Positions 45,281-56,270 of a stretch of DNA of 64,000 nucleotides are shown piece after piece. The stretch is from Selaginella moellendorffii (Eukaryota; Plantae; Lycopodiophyta). The stretch lies in contig NW_003314280.1 of assembly GCF_000143415.4 (NCBI RefSeq), positions 1,049,663 to 1,113,662 on the forward strand, written 5' to 3'. The first letter of the stretch is position 1. Each line of letters begins with the position of its first letter. The position numbers were made by a program, and so were the translations under genes. Below the pieces are notes generated by a model that had not been told where the DNA came from, did not search any database, and worked only from the letters and a program-made list of their open reading frames with translations.

Positions 45281-48200
45281 ATGAGCAAGTCTCTTCTCGT
45301 CGCGATTGGAAGCTGGAGGTATCCGATCGAGCAATGCACCAGGATCGCTCCCGGCGCTCCCGTGATCCTGGCGGCACTCAAGGCCTGTAGCGCTGTGAGG
45401 GATTTGGAGGCGGGCGCCAGGATCCACGCCTCGTTCTTGGAATCGAGTGGAAGCGGCGCTATCGCCAACAGCAATGTGGAGAACAGTGTGATCCACATGT
45501 ACGCAAAGTGTGGGAGCTTGCGCGATGCACGATCGGTCTTCGATTCCATCTCTCACCTCTCGGTGGTATCATGGAACGCTTTAATCTTTGGCTACGCAGA
45601 GAATGGAGGGCCGCGCGAGGCGCTGGAGCTCTTCCAGCGGATGCAAGACGATGGATTCTCGCCAAATCCTCTCACTTTCGTGGCAGCGCTCAAGGCCTGC
45701 GTGAGCTGCGCCGATGGAGAGGAGGCCCAGAGATTGGAGTGGCTGGAAAGAGGGAGAAGAATTCATAGCCAGGCTCTAGCAGCTCTAGCAAGAGGTGAAG
45801 AGCTCGGCTTGACGCTGGCAAACACGCTAGTTCACATGTACGCTAAGTGTGGCAGCGTTTTGGAAGCTCGGGAAGTTTTCGACAAGATGGTGGAGCGCGA
45901 TGCCGTGAGTTGGAACGCTCTCATGTTTGGATACGTGGAGGTTGGCCAGAGCGAGCAAGCGCTAGAGCTCTTCCGGCGGATCCACAAAGAACTTCTCCAA
46001 GGCAAGCCGAATGCTCTCACTTACGTTGCCGCGCTCAAAGCTTGTGCTACCTGTGCAGAGGAGATCCAAGACGAGGAGAATGGTCGAGTAGAGCGAGCAC
46101 AGTGGCTGGAAAAGGGAAGAGCGCTCCACTCTCGAGCTGTGGAGAGCGGGCATGAATCGGATTTGAAGGTGGCAAGCACTCTGGTGGACATGTACGCGAA
46201 GTGTGGGAGCTTGGAGGATGCCTGCCGGGTTTTCCAGCGGATGAAGAGCCACGACGTTGTCTCGTGGAATGCGATCATCATGAGCTATGCTCAAAGCGAT
46301 CGAGGTGAGACTGCTCTGAGGCTCTTCTCTCAGATGTTGGAGGCTGGTTTCACGCCTAACGCGCGGACTTTTGTGGCTGCTTTGCAGGCCTGTGGCGAGC
46401 TAGCGGATAAAGAAGGGCGGTGTGTCGAAGGCAAAGCTGCGAAGGCATGGTGCCTGGAGAGAGGTATGGAGATACATTCCCAGGTGGTGAGCAGTGGCCA
46501 AACTTGCGACATTATCCTCGCCAACAAGCTGGCGGACATGTACGCAAAGTGTGGAAGCTTGCAAGACGCGTACCGGGTTTTTGAGAGGATGCCTCTTCAC
46601 GATGTGGTCTCATACAACGTTATGCTGTTCGGCTACGCGGATGTGAATGAGGGAGACTTGGCACTGGAACTATACGATCGGCTGCAAGAGAAAGGTGTTG
46701 CTCCCAACTCTCAGACTTACGTTGCTGCTTTGAAGGCCTGTGCAAGCTGTGCAGTGAAAGAAGAAGGACGACAGGTAGATGGGAAACTTGTCAAAGTGAG
46801 GAACTTGGAAAGAGGAGCTGCGATTCACTCCGAAGCGAAAATCTCCGGTTTTGAAGCTGACATCAAAGTGGCAAGCACTCTGGTGGACATGTACGCCAAG
46901 TGTGGATGCGTGGAGAGAGCTTCACAGGTCTTTGACGGGATGAAGATCCGGGATGTGGTTTCCTGGAACTCCATCATTCTGGGATACACGCAGTGCGGTG
47001 AAGGAGAGTTAGCTCTTCTCCTTTTTGTTCGGATGCAAGAAGATGGTGTGACTCCGGACGGACTAGCTTTCGTTGCAGCACTGAAAGCGTGCTCCTGCAT
47101 GGCCGGGAAAGAAGAAGGAAGTAGAAGACCAGAAGACGGGAAGATTATCAAAGCTAGATGCCTGGAGTTTGGGAAACTGATCTACAGTGAAGCTGCGACT
47201 AGCGGCTATGGACCCGACAGCAAAGTTACTAACACAATGCTAGATACGTTGGCAAAGTGTGGTAGCATGACCGACTCTCAGAGGCTCTTCGAGAAGATCG
47301 TAGAACGAGACGTGGTCTCGTGGAACGCTATGATTCTCGGCTATGCTCAGTGTGGAGAACCCGAGCTCGGTGTGCTCTACTTCAGACGCTTGCTAGAGGA
47401 AGGTCTGGCTCCAAACGAGGTGACTCTGGTGGTGGTTCTGAAGGCTTGTGGAAGTATCGGGGGTCTGAAAGTTGGGAAAATGATTTACGACGAGTTTATC
47501 CTGGCCGGACTGGTTCAAGAGTGTGGAGCAATCGCAGGCTCTCTGATCGGTTTCTACGGTAAATGCGGTAGCATGGTGGACGCTCAAGAGGTATTTGATT
47601 CACTTCCTTACAAGCAGCTAGTGACTTGGAACGCACTTCTAGCAGGATATGCACACCAAGGAGATAGCCAACGAGTCTTTGAGCTATTCGAGAGCATGCA
47701 AAGTGGAAACGATCGAGTGGACATCGATGGCATCACTTTCCTCAGCCTTCTCAACGTGTGCAGCCACGCGGGCCTCGTTTCCAAGGGGAAGGAGCTCTTC
47801 GAACTTATGGCCTCGCCGAGCTACCACATCAAGCCGAGGATCGAGCACTACGCTTGCATTGTGGATCTCTTTGGCCGAGCCAATCACCTGGCCGAGGCAG
47901 TGGCCGTGCTCAAAACGATGCCTTACAGGCCGAGCCCCGCGATCTGGAGAACAGTCCTGGGAGCTTGCAGAAAGTGGAAGAACGTCGAGCTCGCCAAGCT
48001 CGCCTTCGAGGAGATCCAGAGACTGGACAGGAAAGACGGCTCGGCGTACGTGCTCATGGCCAACACTTACGCCGCCGCGGGAATGTGGGACGAGAGCCTG
48101 AAGCTCCACTCGTCGAGCAGGATCCAGGGAGCCGTGAGGAAGGCCGGGCAGAGCTGGTGGAGCGACGGGGCCGGGAAGCTCCACTGCTTCCTGGCGGGGG

Positions 48201-48556
48201 ACTCGAGCCACCCGCAGAACGCAGCGATCCAGGCCAGGCTCAAGAGCTTGACGATGGCGATGAAGACCGCCGGATACGTCCCCGGGCTGGAGAGCTCGCT
48301 GCTCCACAACGTCCCGGACGATGCCAAGGAGTCGGCGCTGTGCGGCCACAGCGAGCGGCTGGCGATCTGCTGCGCGCTCGTCAACTCGACCCCGGGGACG
48401 CCGATCCGCATCGTCAAGAGCCTCCGGGTGTGTGACGATTGCCACAAAGCCACTGCGATCATCTCCAGGGTGGAAGGGCGCGAGATCATCTGCCGGGACA
48501 TGAGCCGCTTCCACGTCTTCCGGGACGGGAGGTGCTCTTGCGGAGATTTCTGGTGA
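45281..48556 (+). CDS. PLS-DYW PPR RNA-editing factor (DYW:WW-type PG box, ends DFW), long-loop L motifs
   Basis: PLS triplets, E1/E2, AGQSWWSD, HSERLA, CDDCH, RFHVFRDGRCSCGDFW; first ATG at 45281. Confidence 0.95.
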   Translation: MSKSLLVAIGSWRYPIEQCTRIAPGAPVILAALKACSAVRDLEAGARIHASFLESSGSGAIANSNVENSVIHMYAKCGSLRDARSVFDSISHLSVVSWNALIFGYAENGGPREALELFQRMQDDGFSPNPLTFVAALKACVSCADGEEAQRLEWLERGRRIHSQALAALARGEELGLTLANTLVHMYAKCGSVLEAREVFDKMVERDAVSWNALMFGYVEVGQSEQALELFRRIHKELLQGKPNALTYVAALKACATCAEEIQDEENGRVERAQWLEKGRALHSRAVESGHESDLKVASTLVDMYAKCGSLEDACRVFQRMKSHDVVSWNAIIMSYAQSDRGETALRLFSQMLEAGFTPNARTFVAALQACGELADKEGRCVEGKAAKAWCLERGMEIHSQVVSSGQTCDIILANKLADMYAKCGSLQDAYRVFERMPLHDVVSYNVMLFGYADVNEGDLALELYDRLQEKGVAPNSQTYVAALKACASCAVKEEGRQVDGKLVKVRNLERGAAIHSEAKISGFEADIKVASTLVDMYAKCGCVERASQVFDGMKIRDVVSWNSIILGYTQCGEGELALLLFVRMQEDGVTPDGLAFVAALKACSCMAGKEEGSRRPEDGKIIKARCLEFGKLIYSEAATSGYGPDSKVTNTMLDTLAKCGSMTDSQRLFEKIVERDVVSWNAMILGYAQCGEPELGVLYFRRLLEEGLAPNEVTLVVVLKACGSIGGLKVGKMIYDEFILAGLVQECGAIAGSLIGFYGKCGSMVDAQEVFDSLPYKQLVTWNALLAGYAHQGDSQRVFELFESMQSGNDRVDIDGITFLSLLNVCSHAGLVSKGKELFELMASPSYHIKPRIEHYACIVDLFGRANHLAEAVAVLKTMPYRPSPAIWRTVLGACRKWKNVELAKLAFEEIQRLDRKDGSAYVLMANTYAAAGMWDESLKLHSSSRIQGAVRKAGQSWWSDGAGKLHCFLAGDSSHPQNAAIQARLKSLTMAMKTAGYVPGLESSLLHNVPDDAKESALCGHSERLAICCALVNSTPGTPIRIVKSLRVCDDCHKATAIISRVEGREIICRDMSRFHVFRDGRCSCGDFW

Positions 48557-48571
48557 ATCTTAGTCCATGCG

Positions 48572-48680
48572 TTGACTAATCAGTCAACATTGATGACTAA
48601 ACAGTCCGTAAATATTTTAGTCAATAGTCTTTGACTAGGAGTGTTAGTCAACGCTTTAAACTGTATGACAAGGCGTCAAC
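48572..48680. promoter_or_regulatory. W-box (TTGACY) cluster upstream of the lipase gene
   Basis: TTGACT/AGTCAA at 48572, 48582, 48619, 48631 and 48646, plus partial sites. Confidence 0.6.
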
Positions 48681-48868
48681 CCAAGTCAGCGACCACGAAC
48701 TTCGTTCTTTAGTGCGCCGCTACGGAGATTTATTCTTCCTGCGTGACTTCAAACCGGGGCAGTAAATTTCGGCACGAACTTTTTTCCAGACACCGGTGCG
48801 AAGTTATATTGCCGTGTCGCGAGAAGAACGAGCGGCTAAAGCATTGTGGAGCAACGAAAGCGACGAGC

Positions 48869-49903
48869 ATGAAGAAGAAGAAGAGAAGAATGCCGGCGGT
48901 GGCGGTGAAGAGCGAGGCCGTGTTCCAGAGCCGGCGCGGGATCCAGCTCTCCACTTGCAGCTGGACGCCATCCTCGGCAGCAGCCACCAAAGCTCTCGTC
49001 TTCCTGTGCCACGGCTATGGCATGGAGTGCAGCGTCTTCATGAGCAAGGCCGGGGAGAAGCTCGCGGCCGCCGGCTACTGCGTCTTCGGCATCGACTACG
49101 AAGGCCACGGCAAGAGCGACGGGATGCGCTGCTACATCCGCCGCTTCGACGACATCGTGGACGACTGCCACGACTTCTTCCACTCGGTTCGCTCGCGGCC
49201 CGAGTTCGCTGGCAAGCCGGCCTTCCTCTACGGTGAGTCCATGGGAGGCGCGGTGGCGCTGCTGCTGGAGCGGCGGAGCGGCGGCGGCGGCGGCTCCCAG
49301 AGCCCGGGAGATTCCTCCAACTGCTGGAGCGGTGCCATTCTCGTTGCGCCGATGTGTAAGATCTCCGAGAACATGCTCCCGACACCGTGGCTGCGGTGGC
49401 TGCTCATCAAGCTCTCCGCTCTCATCCCGACTTGGAAGGTGGTTCCCATCAAGGACGTGATCGAGCAGTCGTTCAAGGACGAGCGCAAGCGCCGGGCCAT
49501 CCGGAGTAACCCGTATATATACACCGATAGAATGATCCTCAAGACCGCCGTGGAGCTGCTGCTGACGAGCCTGTCGCTGGAGAAGCTGCTCGGCCAGGTG
49601 AAGATGCCTTTCATTGTGTTGCATGGCGAGGATGATCGCGTCACGGACCCGGCCATCAGCAAGGAGCTCTACGCCGCGGCCAGCAGCTCGGACAAGACCA
49701 TCCGGATCTACTCGGGGATGTGGCACGGCCTCACCACCGGCGAGCCCGACCATAACGTCGACTTGGTGTTCCAGGACATCACTGAGTGGCTTGACAAGAG
49801 GTGCGCGGTGGCGGACTACTCTTTGGCCTCGTTGGATGGGCTCAAGAAGCTGCAGCACGATCCTCTCTTTTGCAAAGGGATGGATCTAGATGCTCGCTCT
49901 TAG
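48869..49903 (+). CDS. Alpha/beta hydrolase, monoacylglycerol lipase / caffeoyl-shikimate-esterase-like family
   Basis: CHGYG, DYEGHGKSDG, GESMGG nucleophile, HGEDD, MWHGL; intronless. Confidence 0.93.
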   Translation: MKKKKRRMPAVAVKSEAVFQSRRGIQLSTCSWTPSSAAATKALVFLCHGYGMECSVFMSKAGEKLAAAGYCVFGIDYEGHGKSDGMRCYIRRFDDIVDDCHDFFHSVRSRPEFAGKPAFLYGESMGGAVALLLERRSGGGGGSQSPGDSSNCWSGAILVAPMCKISENMLPTPWLRWLLIKLSALIPTWKVVPIKDVIEQSFKDERKRRAIRSNPYIYTDRMILKTAVELLLTSLSLEKLLGQVKMPFIVLHGEDDRVTDPAISKELYAAASSSDKTIRIYSGMWHGLTTGEPDHNVDLVFQDITEWLDKRCAVADYSLASLDGLKKLQHDPLFCKGMDLDARS

Positions 49904-50159
49904 TTGTTTTACCATTTCAAAATTCAATGCCGGCAGCTCTGCAAAAGTATGGAGTTTTTCTATTAAAGCCTGGAAGAATGCGATAAAAGCTCACCTGGGT
50001 GTACAGTGCGCTAAAGTGGAGCCAGAGGCCAGCGAGAACTGTGGCTTTATCGTTTTCTATTTCCAAGGCCGAGGCGAGGCGTCGCAGTCTCACCAAAGCG
50101 GGGGGTGAGTAAAGCTCAACTTGACAAAGAAAAAATATTGTTTTTTTAGCATGAAAGGC

Positions 50160-52986
50160 TTACTCTACCAGAACTTGGCGCATCTTACACACGAGACGAA
50201 CAGTTGGACCATCCAAGTCTGGGCCAACGCCTTTGGTAAATTCTGCGAGCTGCTCGCGGGTTGCACCTACACATTGCTGGAATGTGGACAACACAGCAGG
50301 GACGTTCATAGACAGAGCTGTCAGGACATTGCAGAGATAGTCGATGTCCGCAGATAACTGTTGAGCTCCTCGCTCGTTCAGATTGCGAATACCACGGATC
50401 TGGTCCACGTACAGAGCAGTCGCTCCCTCAGCCACCTGAAACATCCATTTTGAGAAAACGTTCCATGGAATTTTCAGAGCCGACAAACCTTGAACATCCA
50501 CTCTGTCGCAAAGTATTGGCCTTCTTCATTGATGTCGTCCGATGTATCAGAGGTTGTCATCGATGAAGTTAATGGTTCTAGCTGCTGCGGGAGCGTGAGA
50601 AGGTACTCTCCGATGCTAGTCACGTAAGGCAGCGGATACGCGCTGAAAGATGGCAAGGCGTACGGGTTGTCTTCCTGCGGAGCACTCCACACAGGCATAC
50701 TGGCCACGTCGGCCAGCCTTACTCGCACCTTAGAAATGAGAACTTCGTAGACGAGCTCATTCGCCGCGTCAACAAAAGCTCCAACTCTCTGGGATGCATG
50801 AGCAAGAGCATGGAAACGAGGGTCGGTCGCCTGTAAATGAAATCACACAAAAATTCATATGTTTCTACGTGAATGAGGACTAGAAAAGAGATTTACCTGT
50901 TCCACGAGTGATGCAAGCTTTCGTGCTTTATCTGGCGCATCCAATAATCTCAGGCCGGCTATATCCAGCAACGCATTGGCACCGTCTTCTCTACTTCCAG
51001 GCAACTGATTCTTAAGCCTTGAAAGTGTTCCACGTAAGCTTGCCTCGAAGACAGATAGTCGACCACTGAGACTTTCCGCAACGGTCAATAGCTGCAGCAC
51101 TCCTTGAACTATCACCCATTCTTCTTCTTCGGGAATCATGTCCTGATTTCCTTTGCCCTTGTTAATGCTTCCGTCAAGAGAATCCTTTTTTGTAGAGTCG
51201 AAAACCTGTGAAACCCCACAGACCGGTCGCAACGACTTGAGAACTTCATGCAAGCTGGAAGTGTACTGGATCATAGTTTCATCTAACGCGCGAAGGAGCG
51301 CCTCAACCTCAGAACCCCCAGTGAAGTTGAAACATCGCTCAACCGCACTCTCGAAAAAGGTGATGAGCTCTGGAACTGAAGATTCCATTCGTTGCACTGT
51401 CTCGCTAAGTTCCACTCCACGAGAGCCAACAGATCGCTGAACAGCACCTTTCAAGTCCAGAGAACTAAGATTTGAGGATAGCTGCACCCGTTCCAACTCT
51501 CCATACCTGTAAGACACGTTATGCACTGACAATGGTGAAGAGTTGGCGTACCTTTGCTTGTAACCTTCATAAGGAGAATATACAGCTTTCAAAACTCGCA
51601 TCATCTCTTGATGGTCGGCAGCTGAGAACAGCCGCTCTACATTCTTTGCAAATGAAGATGTGATATTATGAAGCATCAAAATGATGTTTAAAGGCGGCCT
51701 TTGTAATGTTTGCGCTGCAACGAAGACCAGCTTTCAGCTCTCTAAGATAAAAGTACAAAAAATACAGCAATGTAAACCTGGTGTGATGCTGGCCTCGATA
51801 CGAGCAGTAAAGCTGGTCTGTATAGAGGACATAGTATCTATCAACAATTTCGAGATTAAACGGCTGTAGTCCTCCGAAAAGCAAGTCATACACCTGTAAC
51901 AATCCATCATGAGATCCCACTATCAAAAAAGGAAGCACTGCCAAACCATTTCAATTCCTGCTCTAACGTAAGCAGAACTTGATCGTAAAAAGTAGGAAGC
52001 CACTCTATAAAAGGCTTGCCACTTCCGACACCGTCAGTTGAACTCTCGTATTCGTCCCAGAGTCGACGCAATGGCTTCAATCGAACCTTACTGTACTGCT
52101 GTTCTAGCGAATTGTAGCGCCCGATAGTTAGCAGTATAGCTCGGAAAGCTTGAACCGATTCCACCTGATAAGACATATCCATTGAGGAAAGACAAAACTT
52201 TAAAAGGAAAGAACACAAGACCTTGCGTTGAGTAAGAGCATCAGTAAGACGCGTTTGAACCATCCCATCCAGCCGATTTTCCAGCGCTTCAAGCTCACGC
52301 TTTACACTTGCGAATTCCGGAACCTGCGCGTGGAGTTTTAATCTCGAAACTCCGGAAGAACAGCTTTACCTCGCCAACAACAGCCAAGCATCGACGCATG
52401 TTTGCGAGTGTTCCTGCTGCCTCATCCAAATTCCCACTCGCAAAGACAGTCTCGACACTCGCACAGAGTTGAGCCAGGCCTGCGGCATCCTGTCTACAAA
52501 GACCAAGTCACAAAAAAACGTAAACAACACCAATGGCACCTTCAAAGTTTTGTGAGCAGCCTCCATTCTCTGCTTGACAAGATCCACTCGAGAGAGCGCA
52601 GCCACGGATCCAGCCGATAGGCCCTCTGCCTTCGCAATTTCCGACAAAAATCCATCAAAAAACAGGGCCCGGATCTGAGCAAGGAAAGCAAGAAAACTTC
52701 GTACCGTTCGGAGCTTGAGGAGCATTCCCGACACGGTGGATCTGAGCGAGAGAGCGTCATCGTGGAGCCGCGACACGTCCCTGAGAGCCCTAGGTATGCG
52801 CAGCAGCGCTGCCGTGCTCTGATCCTCCAATGCGGCGGCAATATCCTCCGACGCCAGCTGCAGCTTCATCTCGAGATCGCTCAGCTGCCGCTCCGCGTCC
52901 TCGTCGGGGTGCCGCGCCCTGCAAGCAGCGTTCACCCACGCCTTCGGATCGAAGCCTTCCTGGCCGAAGGCCGCCATGTCCACCAT
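50160..52986 (-). CDS. COG7: Conserved oligomeric Golgi complex subunit 7
   Basis: FDPKAWVNAAC..DLEMKLQ N-terminus, FSAYPLPYVTSIGEYLLTLPQQLE, QQLSADIDYLCNVL; multi-exon. Confidence 0.93.
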
Positions 52987-53118
52987 CTCCGCCAAGAACC
53001 CTAAACAAATATTCGCAGATTCGGGCAAATTCGCATCAAAGGGTAAAAATGTTTTGCCCTATAGTGGCAATTTATTTCAAGAACGGCGAAAAAGAATCAT
53101 AGAATCGTACAAATTTCT

Positions 53119-53313
53119 TCACAGATGGAGCGTTCTGGCGATGAACATCGACGCGAGGCCAGACGCTGCGATCCAAATTAGACTTGGGGCGAAAGCCATG
53201 GCACCGGAATCTGGGGGCGGTGCTGGAGCATCGGCGGATTGAGCCATCGCCATTCCAATCGCCTGCACGACCAGAAGGGCTGGAACGACGATCAAGGACG
53301 AGCGAAAAGCCAT
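53119..53313 (-). CDS. Arabinogalactan peptide (GPI-anchored, 64-aa precursor)
   Basis: Signal peptide, QSADAPAPPPDSG core, hydrophobic C-terminal GPI signal; TATAAAT upstream at ~53449. Confidence 0.85.
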   Translation of the reverse strand: MAFRSSLIVVPALLVVQAIGMAMAQSADAPAPPPDSGAMAFAPSLIWIAASGLASMFIARTLHL

Positions 53314-53990
53314 GACGATTTCCTGATGATCTCTAGCAGAATCCCAGCTCAAACCAAAAGGGGCAAATTCGAAGCGAAGAGAAGAAGACTCAGGTAAGAG
53401 CGATTGGGAGCGATTGATGGGCAATTGAGGGGCGATTACAGGGATTTATACATCCGCGCTTCGTGCCTGCAAAGCCAAGCACGAAAGCGACATGAAACAA
53501 CGCCGGCTTGAAAGATTCAAAGGGGAGAACGCGTAAACGTTTCACGCTTACGCCATCGTAGTGCTCTCTCGCGCGGCCGATCCGATTGATCGATTCTTTA
53601 GTGCGAATTGTTCCAAAAGTTTGGCACTCCGTAAGTGTCACTCACTCACGATTCCTCAGGAATTCTAAGAAACAAAGAAAAAACAAGTCCGCGCGACTCG
53701 GAAGCGGGACAACCGTAGTACTAGCATTGGCGTACAATCTTGAAAGGATCAGATTCTTCTTCCGCGGGTTATTTTAAATTTTTAAATTCGAATTCGAATG
53801 CTTTAAAAAGATCCCAAGGGGCGGGAAAAGGTCGGGCGGATTAGGTCTAGCTTTAGGGCTAAATGTTGGGCGGATCTTGGCGTAAGCACTCCGAGAAGTG
53901 CTGTTGTCTCAGCTCGAGATGGAGGTCGCAATGGCAATGGCTTCACTTGCCAGGATGATTTGAGCACAATCGGAAGAATTAATTTTTGGA

Positions 53991-55981
53991 ATGAATTCAT
54001 TTAAAGATTGTCATGATACCCAATTGGTAAAGATTTTTCTTTGTTTCAATTTTGATCCATTCTCGTGCTTTGTTCGCAGGGTAGAAACACCAGAAATTTT
54101 TTGCAGCAGCACATGACCTTCTTTCGAGTCCACTTAACTTGCTTTGTTATTGTGGCATTCATCGGGAGCTTGATCCTATGGGGTATCGGCAATGAGAGAG
54201 GTGGGCATTTTCCTTTTGTCGACTGCTTCTATGGCATCACGTCGGCATTATGCCTCTCGGGACTTACCACTGTTCCTGTAGAAGACATTCCACCCGGAGG
54301 ACAAGTAGTCCTCATGATCATGATGTTGCTGGGCAGCCAAGTTGTGACTTCCACTGTGCCATTGCTCGTCAAGAAACACCGCTACTGTCGAGTTGCCAGA
54401 ATAGCCATCGATCCCAGTGACCATGAACCGGTCGGACCACCAACACCACCGATCGTAGAGGTTTTGGTTCCAGAAACTTTCTCTCGCTCCGAGCCTCGGG
54501 TGGAGGAGCTGCAGCACGCTTCGTCAAAGTGGAGCATGGTAGCAAAGCGAGGCTCGCAGGTGCTCGAGAAACTCGGCAGCAAGATCAAGCGCAGAGCCGA
54601 GGACGAGGCCTGGATGGCCGAGATGGCTACCAAGCGGCAGGCCGAGCACTTGACAGAAGTTTTCCAGGAGCACCAGGCCACCATCGTGCTGATCCGGATC
54701 ATCGTCATCTATGGAGTTTTGGTTCATCTCATGGGGTTCTTCATCGCCTGGCTGAGCATTCTCTGCGGACGGCCATACCCCAGGAACTTGATCCGGCACA
54801 AAAAGAAGACCAACCTCGGATTCTTCTCGCTCTTTGCAGTGGTCTCGGCATTTTGCAACGTAGGATACATCGCTTCCAGCGAGAACTTGATGCCTTTCAA
54901 CTCGTCGCTGGTCCTGCTGCTCGACATGATCCTGCTGATCATGCTCGGCAACGGAATTTACCCACCGTGTCTACGAGGAATCATCCGACTGCTCCATCAC
55001 TTCTCCAAAGGCAATACAAAGCAAGCGTGTGAGTTCCTGCTCGACCATCCCCGCAAGTGCTACACGCATCTCTTTCCTCCCAACACGACGAGGTGGCTGC
55101 TCATCTCCTTTTTCGGATTGAACGGGTTTGAGATTTGCGTCATCTACATCCTCGACTGGAACTCCACAGCCTTCGACGGCCTTGATACTGGTGAGAAGAT
55201 CGTTAACGGCATCTTTCAGTGTGTCAACACTCGTAGCGGCGGCATGAACTCCGTCGCCATCACAGGTCTTTCGCCCACAACGCTCTTCATCTTTGCTGTC
55301 ATGATGTAAGTTGGAAAACTCTTTCCCCTTGCTTCTAACTTGCTCGCTCTCTCCTTCCATCTGTAGGTACGTTTCGGCTTACCCCGTCTTCTTATCCCGG
55401 CAAGCCACAAGACAAAAGTCCGTCGACGACGAGGGCGCCATCTCTCACCTCTCAGCCCGCAAGCAGCGTGACATCCTCGACACCACCCTCGCGACACAAT
55501 TCCGGAGGCTCCTCGCTCAGGACACGGCGTATCTCTTCCTCGCAACGTTCTTCATTTGCGTCTCAGTGAACCACGGCCTCAAACACGATCCACTCAACTA
55601 CAACATCTTCAGTGTCGTCTTCGAGATCATCAGGTTCGTTGCTCAAACACCTTTCTGTGAGGTTTTCTCTTTTTCCCTTCTCCTTGATGATTTGTAGATT
55701 GATCACTCCAACAGCTTGACGTAGTTTCGTGGTTTTGCTGCAGTGCTTACGGTGGCGTGGGACTGTCGTATGGATATAGCTGCAGCTTGAGGACGGAGCC
55801 CGGTTACTGTGTGGACGAGCCCGTGAGCTTCTCAGGCAAGTGGGGAGTTACTCCCAAAATCATCATGATCGTAGTCATGCTCCTCGGCAGGCACCGAGGC
55901 CTCCCTGATAACATTGATTCCGCAATTTTACTCCCCGAGCAGAAATTCAGCAACATAATGAGAAGGCAGACCAGTGAATGA
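53991..55981 (+). CDS. HKT: Trk/HKT cation (K+/Na+) transporter
   Basis: Four MPM pore loops (LCLSGL, FCNVGY, NTRSGG, AYGGVGLS), VFEII, GRHRGLP..D.AILLP; three introns; start inferred. Confidence 0.92.
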
Positions 55982-56270
55982 GATGGAAAAATCTACCTCT
56001 CCAAAGCTCTTCCACGTACAATCCCACCTTTGATGGCCTGGATAATCAAGCATACGTGTTCCGTGACGAGAGCCATACACGCAGCAAGCAGCCACTCCAC
56101 CGAGATTGGCATGACATGGAGGAGCTCTTGGGCCTGGCGGTTCCTGCAAGCACATCGGCCAAGTAGTAGCATTGATCCCATAGTCAGTGATGGAGGATGC
56201 GAAGCACTGCATGGCTGATTGGATCTCTCCCCTGGCTACACTCAATGAGTGCAAGTGTGAATCTCACTAC
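55965..56270 (-). pseudogene. Degenerate duplicate of the 3' end of the PPR gene at 63245-63625
   Basis: Shared GCAGACCAGTGAATGAGATGGAAAAATCTA, AATCCCATAGTC.G.GATGGAGGA; FASSITDYGINAT vs FASSIADYGIEAT. Confidence 0.82.

Noticed and set aside
47649-49889. Several long alternative-frame and antisense ORFs
   Set aside because: Explained by high GC3 in the DYW domain and lipase CDS.
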